DNA of 64,000 nucleotides, from assembly GCA_002269645.1 (NCBI GenBank), contig NIVC01001204.1:62001-126000 (forward strand), in the 5' to 3' direction. This stretch comes from Macrostomum lignano (taxonomy: Eukaryota). Made by a program: the position numbers and the translations under genes. The notes beneath the pieces are model-generated. The model searched no databases. It was not told where the DNA came from and was given only the letters and a program-made list of their open reading frames with translations. Positions 35,601-50,055 of the stretch are shown here, piece after piece; the first letter of the stretch is position 1; every line of letters starts with the position of its first letter.

Positions 35601-38600
35601 AGACTCGTCACTCCAGAATCTCTTCTCTATCAGACTCGTCACTCCAGAATCTTCTCTATCAGACTCGTCACTCCAAGAATCTTCTCTATCAGACTCGTCA
35701 CTCCAGAATCTTCTCTATCAGACTCGTCACTCCAAGAATCTTCTCTATCAGACTCTCACTCCAAGAATCTTCTCTATCAGACTCGTCACTCCAGGAATCT
35801 CTTCTCTATCAGACTCGTCACTCCAAGAATCTTCTCTATCAGACTCGTCACTCCAAGAATCTTCTCTATCAGACTCTCACTCCAGAATCTTCTCTATCAG
35901 ACTCGTCACTCCAGAATCTCTTCTCTATCAGACTCTCACTCCAAGAATCTCTTCTCTATCAGACTCGTCACTCCAGAATCTTCTCTATCAGACTCGTCAC
36001 TCCAGAATCTCTTCTCTATCAGACTCGTCACTCCAGAATCTTCTCTATCAGACTCGTCACTCCAAGAATCTTCTCTATCAGACTCGTCACTCCAAGAATC
36101 TTTCTCTATCAGACTCGTCACTCCAAGAATCTCTTCTCTATCAGACTCGTCACTCCAAGAATCTTCTCTATCAGACTCGTCACTCCAGAATCTTCTCTAT
36201 CAGACTCGTCACTCCAGGAATCTCTTCTCTATCAGACTCGTCACTCCAAGAATCTTCTCTATCAGACTCGTCACTCCAGGAATCTCTTCTCTATCAGACT
36301 CGTCACTCCAAGAATCTTCTCTATCAGACTCGTCACTCCAAGAATCTTCTCTATCAGACTCGTCACTCCAAGAATCTTCTCTATCAGACTCGTCACTCCA
36401 GAATCTTCTCTATCAGACTCGTCACTCCAAATCTTCTCTATCAGACTCGTCACTCAAGAATCTTCTCTATCAGACTCGTCACTCCAGGAATCTTCTCTAT
36501 CAGACTCGTCACTCCAAGAATCTTCTCTATCAGACTCTCACTCCAGAATCTTCTCTATCAGACTCGTCACTCCAAGAATCTTCTCTATCAGACTCGTCAC
36601 TCCAAGAATCTTCTCTATCAGACTCGTCACTCCAGGAATCTCTTCTCTATCAGACTCGTCACTCCAAGAATCTCTTCTCTATCAGACTCGTCACTCCAAG
36701 AATCTTCTCTATCAGACTCGTCACTCCAAGAATCTTCTCTATCAGACTCGTCACTCCAAGAATCTTCTCTATCAGACTCGTCACTCCAGGAATCTCTCTC
36801 TATCAGACTCGTCACTCCAAGAATCTTCTCTATCAGACTCGTCACTCCAAGAATCTTCTCTATCAGACTCGTCACTCCAAGAATCTTCTCTATCAGACTC
36901 GTCACTCCAAGAATCTTCTCTATCAGACTCGTCACTCCAGGAATCTTCTCTATCAGACTCGTCACTCCAAGAATCTTCTCTATCAGACTCGTCACTCCAA
37001 GAATCTTCTCTATCAGACTCTCACTCCAAGAATCTTCTCTATCAGACTCTCACTCCAAGAATCTTCTCTATCAGACTCTCACTCCAGAATCTCTTCTCTA
37101 TCAGACTCGTCACTCAAGAATCTTCTCTATCAGACTCGTCACTCCAAGAATCTTCTCTATCAGACTCTTCACTCCAGAATCTCTTCTCTATCAGACTCGT
37201 CACTCAAGAATCTTCTCTATCAGACTCGTCACTCCAAGAATCTTCTCTATCAGACTCTCACTCCAGGAATCTTCTCTATCAGACTCGTCACTCCAAGAAT
37301 CTTCTCTATCAGACTCGTCACTCCAGGAATCTTCTCTATCAGACTCGTCACTCCAAGAATCTCTCTATCAGACTCGTCACTCCAAGAATCTTCTCTATCA
37401 GACTCGTCACTCCAGAATCTTCTCTATCAGACTCGTCACTCCAAGAATCTTCTCTATCAGACTCGTCACTCCAGAATCTCTCTCTATCAGACTCGTCACT
37501 CCAAGAATCTTCTCTATCAGACTCGTCACTCCAAGAATCTTCTCTATCAGACTCGTCACTCCAGAATCTCTTCTCTATCAGACTCGTCACTCCAAGAATC
37601 TTCTCTATCAGACTCGTCACTCCAAGAATCTTCTCTATCAGACTCGTCACTCCAAGAATCTTCTCTATCAGACTCGTCACTCCAAGAATCTTCTCTATCA
37701 GACTCGTCACTCCAGGAATCTTCTCTATCAGACTCGTCACTCCAGAATCTTCTCTATCAGACTCGTCACTCCAAGAATCTTCTCTATCAGACTCGTCACT
37801 CCAGAATCTTCTCTATCAGACTCGTCACTCCAGAATCTTCTCTATCAGACTCGTCACTCCAAGAATCTTCTCTATCAGACTCGTCACTCCAGAATCTCTT
37901 CTCTATCAGACTCGTCACTCCAAGAATCTTCTCTATCAGACTCGTCACTCCAAGAATCTTCTCTATCAGACTCTCACTCCAGAATCTCTTCTCTATCAGA
38001 CTCGTCACTCCAAGAATCTTCTCTATCAGACTCGTCACTCCAAGAATCTTCTCTATCAGACTCTTCACTCCAGAATCTCTTCTCTATCAGACTCGTCACT
38101 CCAAGAATCTTCTCTATCAGACTCGTCACTCCAAGAATCTTCTCTATCAGACTCGTCACTCCAGAATCTTCTCTATCAGACTCGTCACTCCAAGAATCTT
38201 CTCTATCAGACTCGTCACTCCAAGAATCTTCTCTATCAGACTCGTCACTCCAGAATCTTCTCTATCAGACTCGTCACTCCAAGAATCTTCTCTATCAGAC
38301 TCGTCACTCCAAGAATCTTCTCTATCAGACTCGTCACTCCAGAATCTTCTCTATCAGACTCGTCACTCCAGAATCTTCTCTATCAGACTCGTCACTCCAA
38401 GAATCTTCTCTATCAGACTCGTCACTCCAAGAATCTTCTCTATCAGACTCGTCACTCCAAGAATCTCTTCTCTATCAGACTCGTCACTCCAAGAATCTTC
38501 TCTATCAGACTCGTCACTCCAAATCTTCTCTATCAGACTCGTCACTCCAAGAATCTTCTCTATCAGACTCGTCACTCCAGAATCTCTTCTCTATCAGACT

Positions 38601-41600
38601 CGTCACTCCAGAATCTTCTCTATCAGACTCGTCACTCCAAGAATCTCTTCTCTATCAGACTCGTCACTCCAAGAATCTCTCTCTATCAGACTCGTCACTC
38701 CAAGAATCTTCTCTATCAGACTCTTCACTCCAGAATCTCTTCTCTATCAGACTCGTCACTCCAAGAATCTTCTCTATCAGACTCGTCACTCCAGAATCTT
38801 CTCTATCAGACTCGTCACTCCAGGAATCTCTCTCTATCAGACTCGTCACTCCAAGAATCTTCTCTATCAGACTCGTCACTCCAAGAATCTTCTCTATCAG
38901 ACTCTCACTCCAGGAATCTCTTCTCTATCAGACTCGTCACTCCAAGAATCTTCTCTATCAGACTCGTCACTCCAAGAATCTTCTCTATCAGACTCTCACT
39001 CCAGGAATCTCTTCTCTATCAGACTCGTCACTCCAAGAATCTTCTCTATCAGACTCGTCACTCCAAGAATCTTCTCTATCAGACTCTTCACTCCAGGAAT
39101 CTCTTCTCTATCAGACTCGTCACTCCAAGAATCTTCTCTATCAGACTCGTCACTCCAAGAATCTTCTCTATCAGACTCGTCACTCCAGGAATCTTCTCTA
39201 TCAGACTCGTCACTCAAGAATCTTCTCTATCAGACTCGTCACTCAAGAATCTTCTCTATCAGACTCGTCACTCCAGGAATCTCTTCTCTATCAGACTCGT
39301 CACTCCAAGAATCTTCTCTATCAGACTCGTCACTCCAAGAATCTTCTCTATCAGACTCGTCACTCCAGGAATCTCTTCTCTATCAGACTCGTCACTCCAA
39401 GAATCTTCTCTATCAGACTCGTCACTCCAAGAATCTTCTCTATCAGACTCGTCACTCCAAAATCTTCTCTATCAGACTCGTCACTCCAAGAATCTTCTCT
39501 ATCAGACTCGTCACTCCAAGAATCTTCTCTATCAGACTCGTCACTCCAAGAATCTTCTCTATCAGACTCTTCACTCCAGGAATCTCTTCTCTATCAGACT
39601 CGTCACTCAAGAATCTTCTCTATCAGACTCGTCACTCCAAGAATCTTCTCTATCAGACTCGTTCACTCCAGGAATCTCTTCTCTATCAGACTCGTCACTC
39701 AAGAATCTTCTCTATCAGACTCGTCACTCCAAGAATCTTCTCTATCAGACTCGTCACTCCAAGAATCTTCTCTATCAGACTCGTCACTCCAAGAATCTTC
39801 TCTATCAGACTCGTCACTCCAAGAATCTTCTCTATCAGACTCGTCACTCCAGGAATCTTCTCTATCAGACTCGTCACTCCAAGAATCTCTTCTCTATCAG
39901 ACTCGTCACTCCAGAATCTTCTCTATCAGACTCGTCACTCCAAGAATCTTCTCTATCAGACTCGTCACTCAAGAATCTTCTCTATCAGACTCGTCACTCC
40001 AGAATCTCTTCTCTATCAGACTCGTCACTCCAAGAATCTTCTCTATCAGACTCGTCACTCCAGAATCTTCTCTATCAGACTCGTCACTCCAGAATCTTCT
40101 CTATCAGACTCGTCACTCCAAGAATCTTCTCTATCAGACTCGTCACTCCAAGAATCTTCTCTATCAGACTCGTCACTCCAAGAATCTTCTCTATCAGACT
40201 CGTCACTCCAAGAATCTCTCTCTATCAGACTCGTCACTCCAGAATCTTCTCTATCAGACTCGTCACTCCAGAATCTCTTCTCTATCAGACTCGTCACTCC
40301 AAGAATCTTCTCTATCAGACTCGTCACTCCAAGAATCTTCTCTATCAGACTCGTCACTCCAAGAATCTTCTCTATCAGACTCGTCACTCCAAGAATCTTC
40401 TCTATCAGACTCTTCACTCCAGAATCTCTCTCTATCAGACTCGTCACTCCAAGAATCTTCTCTATCAGACTCGTCACTCCAAGAATCTTCTCTATCAGAC
40501 TCTTCACTCCAGGAATCTCTTCTCTATCAGACTCGTCACTCCAAGAATCTTCTCTATCAGACTCGTCACTCCAAGAATCTTCTCTATCAGACTCGTCACT
40601 CCAAGAATCTTCTCTATCAGACTCGTCACTCCAAGAATCTTCTCTATCAGACTCGTCACTCCAAGAATCTTCTCTATCAGACTCGTCACTCCAAGAATCT
40701 TCTCTATCAGACTCGTCACTCCAGGAATCTTCTCTATCAGACTCGTCACTCCAGAATCTTCTCTATCAGACTCGTCACTCCAAGAATCTTCTCTATCAGA
40801 CTCGTCACTCCAGAATCTTCTCTATCAGACTCGTCACTCCAAGAATCTTCTCTATCAGACTCGTCACTCCAGAATCTTCTCTATCAGACTCGTCACTCCA
40901 GGAATCTTTCTCTATCAGACTCGTCACTCCAAGAATCTTCTCTATCAGACTCGTCACTCCAAGAATCTTCTCTATCAGACTCTTCACTCCAGGAATCTCT
41001 TCTCTATCAGACTCATCACTCCAAGAATCTTCTCTATCAGACTCTTCACTCCAAGAATCTCTTCTCTATCAGACTCGTCACTCCAAGAATCTTCTCTATC
41101 AGACTCGTCACTTCCAGAATCTTCTCTATCAGACTCGTCACTCCAAGAATCTCTTCTCTATCAGACTCGTCACTCCAGAATCTCTTCTCTATCAGACTCG
41201 TCACTCCAAGAATCTTCTCTATCAGACTCGTCACTCCAGAATCTTCTCTATCAGACTCGTCACTCCAAGAATCTCTTCTCTATCAGACTCGTCACTCCAA
41301 GAATCTTCTCTATCAGACTCGTCACTCCAAGAATCTTCTCTATCAGACTCGCCACTCCAAGAATCTTCTCTATCAGACTCGTCACTCCAGGAATCTCTTC
41401 TCTATCAGACTCGTCACTCCAAGAATCTTCTCTATCAGACTCTCACTCCAAGAATCTTCTCTATCAGACTCTTCACTCCAGAATCTCTTCTCTATCAGAC
41501 TCGTCACTCCAAGAATCTTCTCTATCAGACTCGTCACTCCAAGAATCTTCTCTATCAGACTCTTCACTCCAAGAATCTTCTCTATCAGACTCGTCACTCC

Positions 41601-44600
41601 AAGAATCTTCTCTATCAGACTCGTCACTCCAAGAATCTTCTCTATCAGACTCGTCACTCCAAGAATCTCTTCTCTATCAGACTCGTCACTCCAAGAATCT
41701 TCTCTATCAGACTCGTCACTCCAAGAATCTTCTCTATCAGACTCGTCACTCCAAGAATCTTCTCTATCAGACTCTTCACTCCAGGAATCTCTTCTCTATC
41801 AGACTCGTCACTCCAAGAATCTTCTCTATCAGACTCGTCACTCCAAGAATCTTCTCTATCAGACTCTCACTCCAGGAATCTCTTCTCTATCAGACTCGTC
41901 ACTCCAAGAATCTTCTCTATCAGACTCGTCACTCCAAGAATCTTCTCTATCAGACTCTTCACTCCAGGAATCTCTTCTCTATCAGACTCGTCACTCCAAG
42001 AATCTTCTCTATCAGACTCGTCACTCCAAGAATCTTCTCTATCAGACTCTTCACTCCAGAATCTCTTCTCTATCAGACTCGTCACTCCAAGAATCTTCTC
42101 TATCAGACTCGTCACTCCAAGAATCTTCTCTATCAGACTCTCACTCCAGGAATCTCTTCTCTATCAGACTCGTCACTCCAAGAATCTTCTCTATCAGACT
42201 CGTCACTCCAAGAATCTTCTCTATCAGACTCTCACTCCAGAATCTTCTCTATCAGACTCGTCACTCAAGAATCTTCTCTATCAGACTCGCCACTCAAGAA
42301 TCTTCTCTATCAGACTCGTCACTCCAAGAATCTTCTCTATCAGACTCGTCACTCCAAGAATCTTCTCTATCAGACTCGTCACTCCAAGAATCTTCTCTAT
42401 CAGACTCGTCACTCCAAGAATCTTCTCTATCAGACTCTTCACTCCAGAATCTCTTCTCTATCAGACTCGTCACTCAAGAATCTTCTCTATCAGACTCGCC
42501 ACTCAAGAATCTTCTCTATCAGACTCGTCACTCAAGAATCTTCTCTATCAGACTCGCCACTCAAGAATCTTCTCTATCAGACTCGTCACTCCAAGAATCT
42601 TCTCTATCAGACTCTTCACTCCAGGAATCTTCTCTATCAGACTCGTCACTTCAAGAATCTTCTCTATCAGACTCGTCACTCCAGAATCTTCTCTATCAGA
42701 CTCTCACTCCAGGAATCTCTTCTCTATCAGACTCGTCACTCCAAGAATCTCTTCTCTATCAGACTCGTCACTCCAGGAATCTTCTCTATCAGACTCGCCA
42801 CTCAAGAATCTTCTCTATCAGACTCTCACTCCAGGAATCTCTTCTCTATCAGACTCGTCACTCCAAGAATCTTCTCTATCAGACTCGTCACTCCAAGAAT
42901 CTTCTCTATCAGACTCGTCACTCCAGGAATCTCTTCTCTATCAGACTCGTCACTCCAAGAATCTTCTCTATCAGACTCGTCACTCCAAGAATCTTCTCTA
43001 TCAGACTCGTCACTCCAAGAATCTTCTCTATCAGACTCGTCACTCCAAGAATCTTCTCTATCAGACTCATCACTCCAGGAATCTCTTCTCCATCAGACTC
43101 GTCACTCCAGGAATATCTTCTCTATCAGACTCGTCACTCCAAGAATCTCTTCTCTATCAGACTCGTCACTCCAAGAATCTTCTCTATCAGACTCTTCACT
43201 CCAGGAATCTCTTCTCTATCAGACTCGTCACTCCAAGAATCTTCTCTATCAGACTCTTCACTCCAGGAATCTCTTCTCTATCAGACTCGTCACTCCAAGA
43301 ATCTTCTCTATCAGACTCGTCACTCCAAGAATCTTCTCTATCAGACTCTTCACTCCAGGAATCTCTTCTCTATCAGACTCGTCACTCCAGGAATCTCTTC
43401 TCTATCAGACTCGTCACTCCAAGAATCTTCTCTATCAGACTCTTCACTCCAGGAATCTCTTCTCTATCAGACTCGTCACTCCAAGAATCTTCTCTATCAG
43501 ACTCTTCCCTCCAGGAATCTCTTCTCTATCAGACTCGTCACTCCAAGAATCTCTTCTCTATCAGACTCGTCACTCCAGGAATCTTCTCTATCAGACTCGC
43601 CACTCAAGAATCTTCTCTATCAGACTCTTGACTCCAGGAATCTCTTCTCTATCAGATTCGTCATTCCAAGAATCTTCTCTATCAGACTCGTCACTCCAAG
43701 AATCTTCTCTATCAGACTCGTCACTTCAAGAATCTTCTCTATCAGCCTTGTCACTCCAGGAATCTCTTCTCTATCAGACTCGTCACTCCAAAATCTTCTC
43801 TATCAGACTCATCACTCCAAGAATCTTCTCTATCAGACTCTTCACTCCAGGAATCTCTTCTCTATCAGACTCGTCACTCCAAGAATCTTCTCTATCAGAC
43901 TCATCACTCCAAGAATCTTCTCTATCAGACTCTTCACTCCAGGAATCTCTTCTCTATCAGACTCGTCACTCCAAGAATCTTCTCTATCAGACTCGTCACT
44001 CCAAGAATCTTCTCTATCAGACTCTTCACTCCAAGAATCTCTTCTCTATCAGACTCGTCACTCCAAGAATCTCTTCTCTATGAGACTCGTCACTCCAAGA
44101 ATCTTCTCTATCAGACTCGTCACTCCAAAATCTTCTCTATCAGACTCGTCACTCCAAGATTCTTCTCTATCAGACTCTTCACTCCAGGAATCTCTTCTCT
44201 ATCAGACTCGTCACTCCAAGAATCTTCTCTATCAGACTCTTCACTCCAGGAATCTCTTCTCTATCAGACTCGTCACTCCAAGAATCTTCTCTATCAGACT
44301 CGTCACTCCAAGAATCTTCTCTATCAGACTCTTCCCTCCAGGAATCTCTTCTCTATCAGACTCGTCACTCCAGGAATCTCTTCTCTATCAGACTCGTCAC
44401 TCCAAGAATCTTCTCTATCAGACTCTTCACTCCAGGAATCTCTTCTCTATCAGACTCGTCACTCCAAGAATCTTCTCTATCAGACTCGTCACTCCAAGAA
44501 TCTTCTCTATCAGACTCTTCCCTCCAGGAATCTCTTCTCTATCAGACTCGTCACTCCAGGAATCTCTTCTCTATCAGACTCGTCACTCCAAGAATCTTCT

Positions 44601-45975
44601 CTATCAGACTCTTCACTCCAGGAACCTCTTCTCTATCAGACTCGTCACTTCAAGAATCTTCTCTATCAGACTCGCCACTCAAGAATCTTCTCTATCAGAC
44701 TCTTCACTCCAGGAATCTCTTCTCTATCAGACTCGTCACTTCAAGAATCTTCTCTATCAGCCTTGTCACTCCAGGAATCTCTTCTCTATCAGACTCGTCA
44801 CTTCAAGAATCTTCTCTATCAGACTCGTCACTCCAGGAATCTTCTCTATCAGACTCGTCACTCCAGGAATCTCTTCTCTATCAGACTCTTCACTCCAGGA
44901 ATCTCTTCTCTATCAGACTCGTCACTTCAAGAATCTTCTCTATCAGACTCGCCACTCAAGAATCTTCTCTATCAGACTCTTCACTCCAGGAATCTTCTCT
45001 ATCAGACTCGTCACTTCAAGAATCTTCTCTATCAGCCTTGTCACTCCAGGAATCTTCTCTATCAGACTCTTCCCTCCAGGAATCTCTTCTCTATCAGACT
45101 CGTCACTCCAAGAATCTCTTCTCTATCAGACTCGTCACTCCAGAATCTTCTCTATCAGACTCTTGACTCCAGGAATCTCTTCTCTATCAGATTCGTCATT
45201 CCAAGAATCTTCTCTATCAGACTCGTCACTCCAAGAATCTTCTCTATCAGACTCGTCACTCCAGGAATCTCTTCTCTATCAGACTCGTCACTCCAAGAAT
45301 CTTCTCTATCAGACTCGTCACTCCAAGAATCTTCTCTATCAGACTCGTCACTCCAAGAATCTTCTCTATCAGACTCGTCACTCCAAGAATCTTCTCTATC
45401 AGACTCATCACTCCAGGAATCTCTTCTCTATCAGACTCGTCACTCCAGGAATATCTTCTCTATCAGACTCGTCACTCCAAGAATCTCTTCTCTATCAGAC
45501 TCGTCACTCCAAGAATCTTCTCTATCAGACTCTTCACTCCAGGAATCTCTTCTCTATCAGACTCGTCACTCCAAGAATCTTCTCTATCAGACTCTTCACT
45601 CCAGGAATCTCTTCTCTATCAGACTCGTCACTCCAAGAATCTTCTCTATCAGACTCGTCACTCCAAGAATCTTCTCTATCAGATTCGTCATTCCAAGAAT
45701 CTTCTCTATCAGACTCGTCACTCCAGGAATCTTCTTTTCTATTAGACTCGTAACTCCAGGATTCTTCTTTATCAGACTCGTCACTCCAAGAATCTTCTCT
45801 ATCAGACTCGTCACTCCAGGAATTTTCTCTATCAGACTCGTCACTCAAGAATCTTCTTTATAAGACTCGTCACTCCAAGAATCTTCTCTATCAGACTCGT
45901 CACTCCAGGAATCTCTTCTCTATCAGACTCGTCACTCAAGAATCTTCTCTATCAGATTCGTCACTTCAAGACTCT
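17618..45975. repeat. Giant tandem array, 30-bp unit CCAAGAATCTTCTCTATCAGACTCGTCACT (about 940 copies; 29-32-bp variants)
   Basis: Read directly. The three + frames give ESSLSDSSLQ / SIRLVTPRIF / YQTRHSKNLL with no stop triplet. Confidence 0.98.
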
Positions 45976-46699
45976 TTTTATCCTCGCGAACGTCAGGCAC
46001 CAGAAAATTGCAGCCTCGGTGTCGTCCGGCACGCAGAGCACGAAAATCTAGAAACTAACAAATAACATGTTTTGCAAGTTAAAGCAAATGTGCATAAGAC
46101 CAGTCGATGTGTTAACACAAGTAGTCATATCTTGCGGATATATAAACATGCACGTGCTTAGTTTGCATTTCGTAACATGGAATTTTATACGTTCGTAGCT
46201 GAATAAAAGCCACTTAATACAGATAAGCTGCCGATTCGCGTGTACGCACTACTTAGGCCCAGCATGATAAGACGGACATTATATACGAGTTGCCAAGTTT
46301 GTGCCAGAGTAAATGGTGCATTTGCCAACTGAATCTACCAGTAATTACGAGCTACAGCGAATCAACTTTAACTTTGCTATTCTTTATCTCGGCTTTCCAC
46401 TTGCTGATTGCACGGATTTTTATTCGGTCGGTATGACTATACCTGCCTATACCAGCCTTTAGCCTTGTTTGAGCAACTGCATGTCCTGCTCTCTGATTCG
46501 GTAAGTTCAACCACTGTCGTCTGTAACCAGTCTTTTAGTGTAAGCCTGTATAGCCTTCGCATAGCTTTCCAAAGTTTTCCAAAAGCACGCAGTTTAGAAT
46601 CTATTGAACTAAATCTGAAAAGTTTCTTAAACAACTAATTTTTCTCTATATTACTAGAGATGTATTGTAAGTATAGTATAAGTGTGGGATTTTCGTTGT

Positions 46700-48610
46700 T
46701 TTATCAGACTCATCACTCCGAGACTCTTTTCTATCAGCCTTGTCACTCCCAGAATCTTCTTTTCTATCAGACTCTTCACTCCAGGAATCTTTTCTCTATC
46801 AGACTCGCCACTCAAGAATCTTCTCTATCAGACTCGTCACTCCAAGAATCTCATGTAACAGACTCGTCACTCCAGGAATATCTCTATCAGCCTTGTCACT
46901 CCAGGAATCTCTTCTCTATCAGACTCTTCACTCAAGAAATATCTCTATCAGACTCGTCACTCCAGGAATATCTTCTCTATCAGCCTTGTCACTCCAAGAA
47001 TCTTCTCTATCAGCCTCGTCACTCCAAGAATCTTCTCTATCAGACTCGTCACTCCAGGAATCTCTTCTCTATCAGACTCGTCACTCCAGGAATCTTCTCT
47101 ATCAGACTCGTCACTCCAGGAATCTTCTCTATCAGACTCTTCACTCCAGGAATCTCTTCTCTATCAGACTCGTCACTCCAAGAATCTTCTCTATCAGACT
47201 CGTCACTCCAAGAATCTTCTCTATCAGACTCTTCCCTCCAGGAATCTCTTCTCTATCAGACTCATCACTCCAGGAATCTCTTCTCTATCAGACTCGTCAC
47301 TCCAGGAATCTCTTCTCTATCAGACTCGTCACTCCCGGAATCTTCTCTATCAGACTCGCCACTCAAGAATCTTCTCTATCAGACTCTTGACTCCAGGAAT
47401 CTCTTCTCTATCAGACTCGTCACTTCAAGAATCTACTCTATCAGACTCGCCACTCAAGAATCTTCTCTATCAGACTCGTCACTCCAGGAATCTCTTCTCT
47501 ATCAGATTCGTCATTCCAAGAATCTTCTCTATCAGACTCGCCACTCAAGAATCTTCTCTATCAGACTCTTGACTCCAGGAATCTCTTCTCTATCAGACTC
47601 GTCACTCCAGGAATCTCTTCTCTATCAGACTCGTCACTCCAAGAATCTCTTCTCTATCAGACTCGTCACTCCAAGAATCTTCTCTATCAGACTCGCCACT
47701 CCAAGAATCTTCTCTATCAGACTCGTCACTCCAAGAATCTTCTCTATCAGCCTCGTCACTCCAAGAATACGCTCGTATTCTCTATCAGACTCGTCACTCC
47801 AAGAATCTTCTCTATCAGACTCGTCACTCCAAGAATCTCTTCTCTATCAGACTCGTCACTCCAAGAATCTCTTCTCTATCAGACTCGTCACTCCAATAAT
47901 CTTCTCTATCAGCCTCGTCACTCCAAGAATCTTCTCTATCAGACTCGTCACTCCAAGAATCTCTTCTCTATCAGCCTCGTCACTCCAAGAATCTCTTCTC
48001 TATCAGACTCGTCTCTCCAAGAATCTTCTCTATCAGACTCGTCACTCCAAGAATCTTCTCTATCAGCCTCGTCACTCCAAGAATCTTCTCTATCAGCCTC
48101 GTCACTCCAAGAATCTTCTCTATCAGCCTCGTCACTCCAAGAATCTTCTCTATCAGCCTCGTCACTCCAAGAATCTTCTCTATCAGCCTCGTCACTCCAA
48201 GATTCTTCTCTATCAGCCTCGTCACTCCAAGAATCTTCTCTATCAGACTCGTCACTTCAAGAATCTTCTCTATCACACTCGTCACTCCAAGAATCTTCTC
48301 TATCAGACTCGTCACTTCAAGAATCTTCTCTATCAGACTCGTCACTTCAAGAATCTTCTCTATCACACTCGTCACTCCAAGAATCTTCTCTATCAGACTC
48401 GTCACTTCAAGAATCTTCTCTATCAGACTCGTCACTTCAAGAATCTTCTCTATCACACTCGTCACTCCAAGAATCTTCTCTATCAGACTCGTCACTTCAA
48501 GAATCTTCTCTATCAAACTCGTCACTCAAGAATCTTCTCTATCACACTCGTCACTCAAGAATCTTCTCTATCAAACTCGTCACTCAAGAATCTTCTTTTC
48601 CATCAGATTC
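46700..48610. repeat. Second block of the same 30-bp array (about 63 copies, more diverged)
   Basis: Same unit and orientation, with degenerate ends. Confidence 0.96.
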
Positions 48611-50055
48611 TTCAGAGTCTAAATGGGACCCCTGTTTCTAAATTAAACAATTGTCTGCTTCCAAAGTGGCTCTAAAGAGCTCTTTTATGTCCGTCATCAA
48701 GGTCTACAAAGAGCTGCGCTTGCTTCCTGTTTTGAAGCTTTCAATTTGGGAGTCTTAATCCCGAGGATGAATGTCAGAATTGAATCCCTGCATGGGAGCC
48801 CCCTAGGTCGGCAACGTGGACTCGGCTGGAGTATTTTTCTTTCACAGACCGAGTCCGCAACTTGCAGGAGCTGTTCGCGGATACGAGCTGATGATGCACA
48901 TTTGGGAAGGGAGGGGAAGAAGGAAGGAATAGGAGAGAGGGGAGAGGGGAGAGAGGAGCGGGTTCGACCGGCCTGGCTCATGGTGGCCTAGAAGCAGATC
49001 CTGGAGAGGAAAATATTCCCCATTCTCAGCCTGTTTTCTAAAAAACAGAGATTTTAGTTTTCTGAACTAGACATAAGACATTTAATGTGTGGAGAACCTT
49101 TGTTTCGTTACTCCAAAATGCAGATAATTTATCGGGTTTTCGTATGAGAAAGCAACTCCAGGTTCTAGTTCTAGGCCTCCATGCCTGGCACTATACTTGG
49201 TTAGTCAGCCGAGTGCACATTAGAACGCAAAACTCGAAAGGCCGCACGAGAAATGAATCGAGGGTGTGTAAATCCTGGCGGAACGGGACGGAGAGAAAAG
49301 GGAGTGGACGGTGCTGGGCAGGCAGTGGAGGAGGAAGAGAGAGGTGGGGATGGGACAGAAAGAGCTGAAATTAGGCCTTGGGGTTTGGGCACCACCACTG
49401 CAGCATGGAGCACTAGAGGCCCCAAGCATTCAGCTAGGTTTAAGTAGATGGTTTGCTTCAAATAATTATTTGCTTTCTTTCTGTTAAACTGTGTTGACAT
49501 GTTAGCCTACCGTAGACAAATGAAAATATTCACTGAATTTTTTGACTTGACAACCGAGAACTGACTCGCTGGGCTCGTTCCTAGTAAGCCATGGCTGCGG
49601 GACTGACTGACGGGGAAGAAAGGGCGGAAGAGGCACAGTGTACAGCACCCCCCCCCCCTGGGCGGTTGGACAGATATCCACCACGAGGGACGGGCCTGGG
49701 CAGCTCCTGTAATGTTTTATCCTACACTCATCTCTTGTCCTCACTTTCCCAAAGCTGACCATAAAGTCTGACTGTTGAGTTTAGAGTTTTTTTCAATTTC
49801 GATTTATTATAACTAGTGGACTAAATAAAACCGACCATGCAGGATTTGATGTAATCTGTCAGGCCCTGTCTGTCTGTCTGTCCGCTCTGCTTTCGGATTC
49901 GCTAAGTTATAACTGCTATATTGTAGATCGTATACAACTCAAAATACACTAGCTACACAGTACAGAAAAGTCTATCTTGAAAAAAAACGCAGAGCCACAC
50001 CGCCAACGCAGCGGATATACTCAGCTAGTGACTCACCTCACAGCGGCTGCAGCAA

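Noticed and set aside
17618-48610. CRISPR-like array
   Set aside because: Units are head-to-tail with no unique spacers, there are no cas genes, and the context is eukaryotic.
18387-48675. Dozens of ORFs inside the array (SDESDREDSW / VTSLIEKILG on -; 44080, 44763, 46660 etc. on +) as real genes
   Set aside because: They are pure translations of the 30-bp unit, with boundaries set by indels and alternative start codons.
48697-49760. Short ORFs or a possible LINE C-terminal remnant (CRSC...HL) between the array and DUF229-A
   Set aside because: No reverse transcriptase, endonuclease or RNase H motifs are recognisable, and parts are low-complexity purine tracts.
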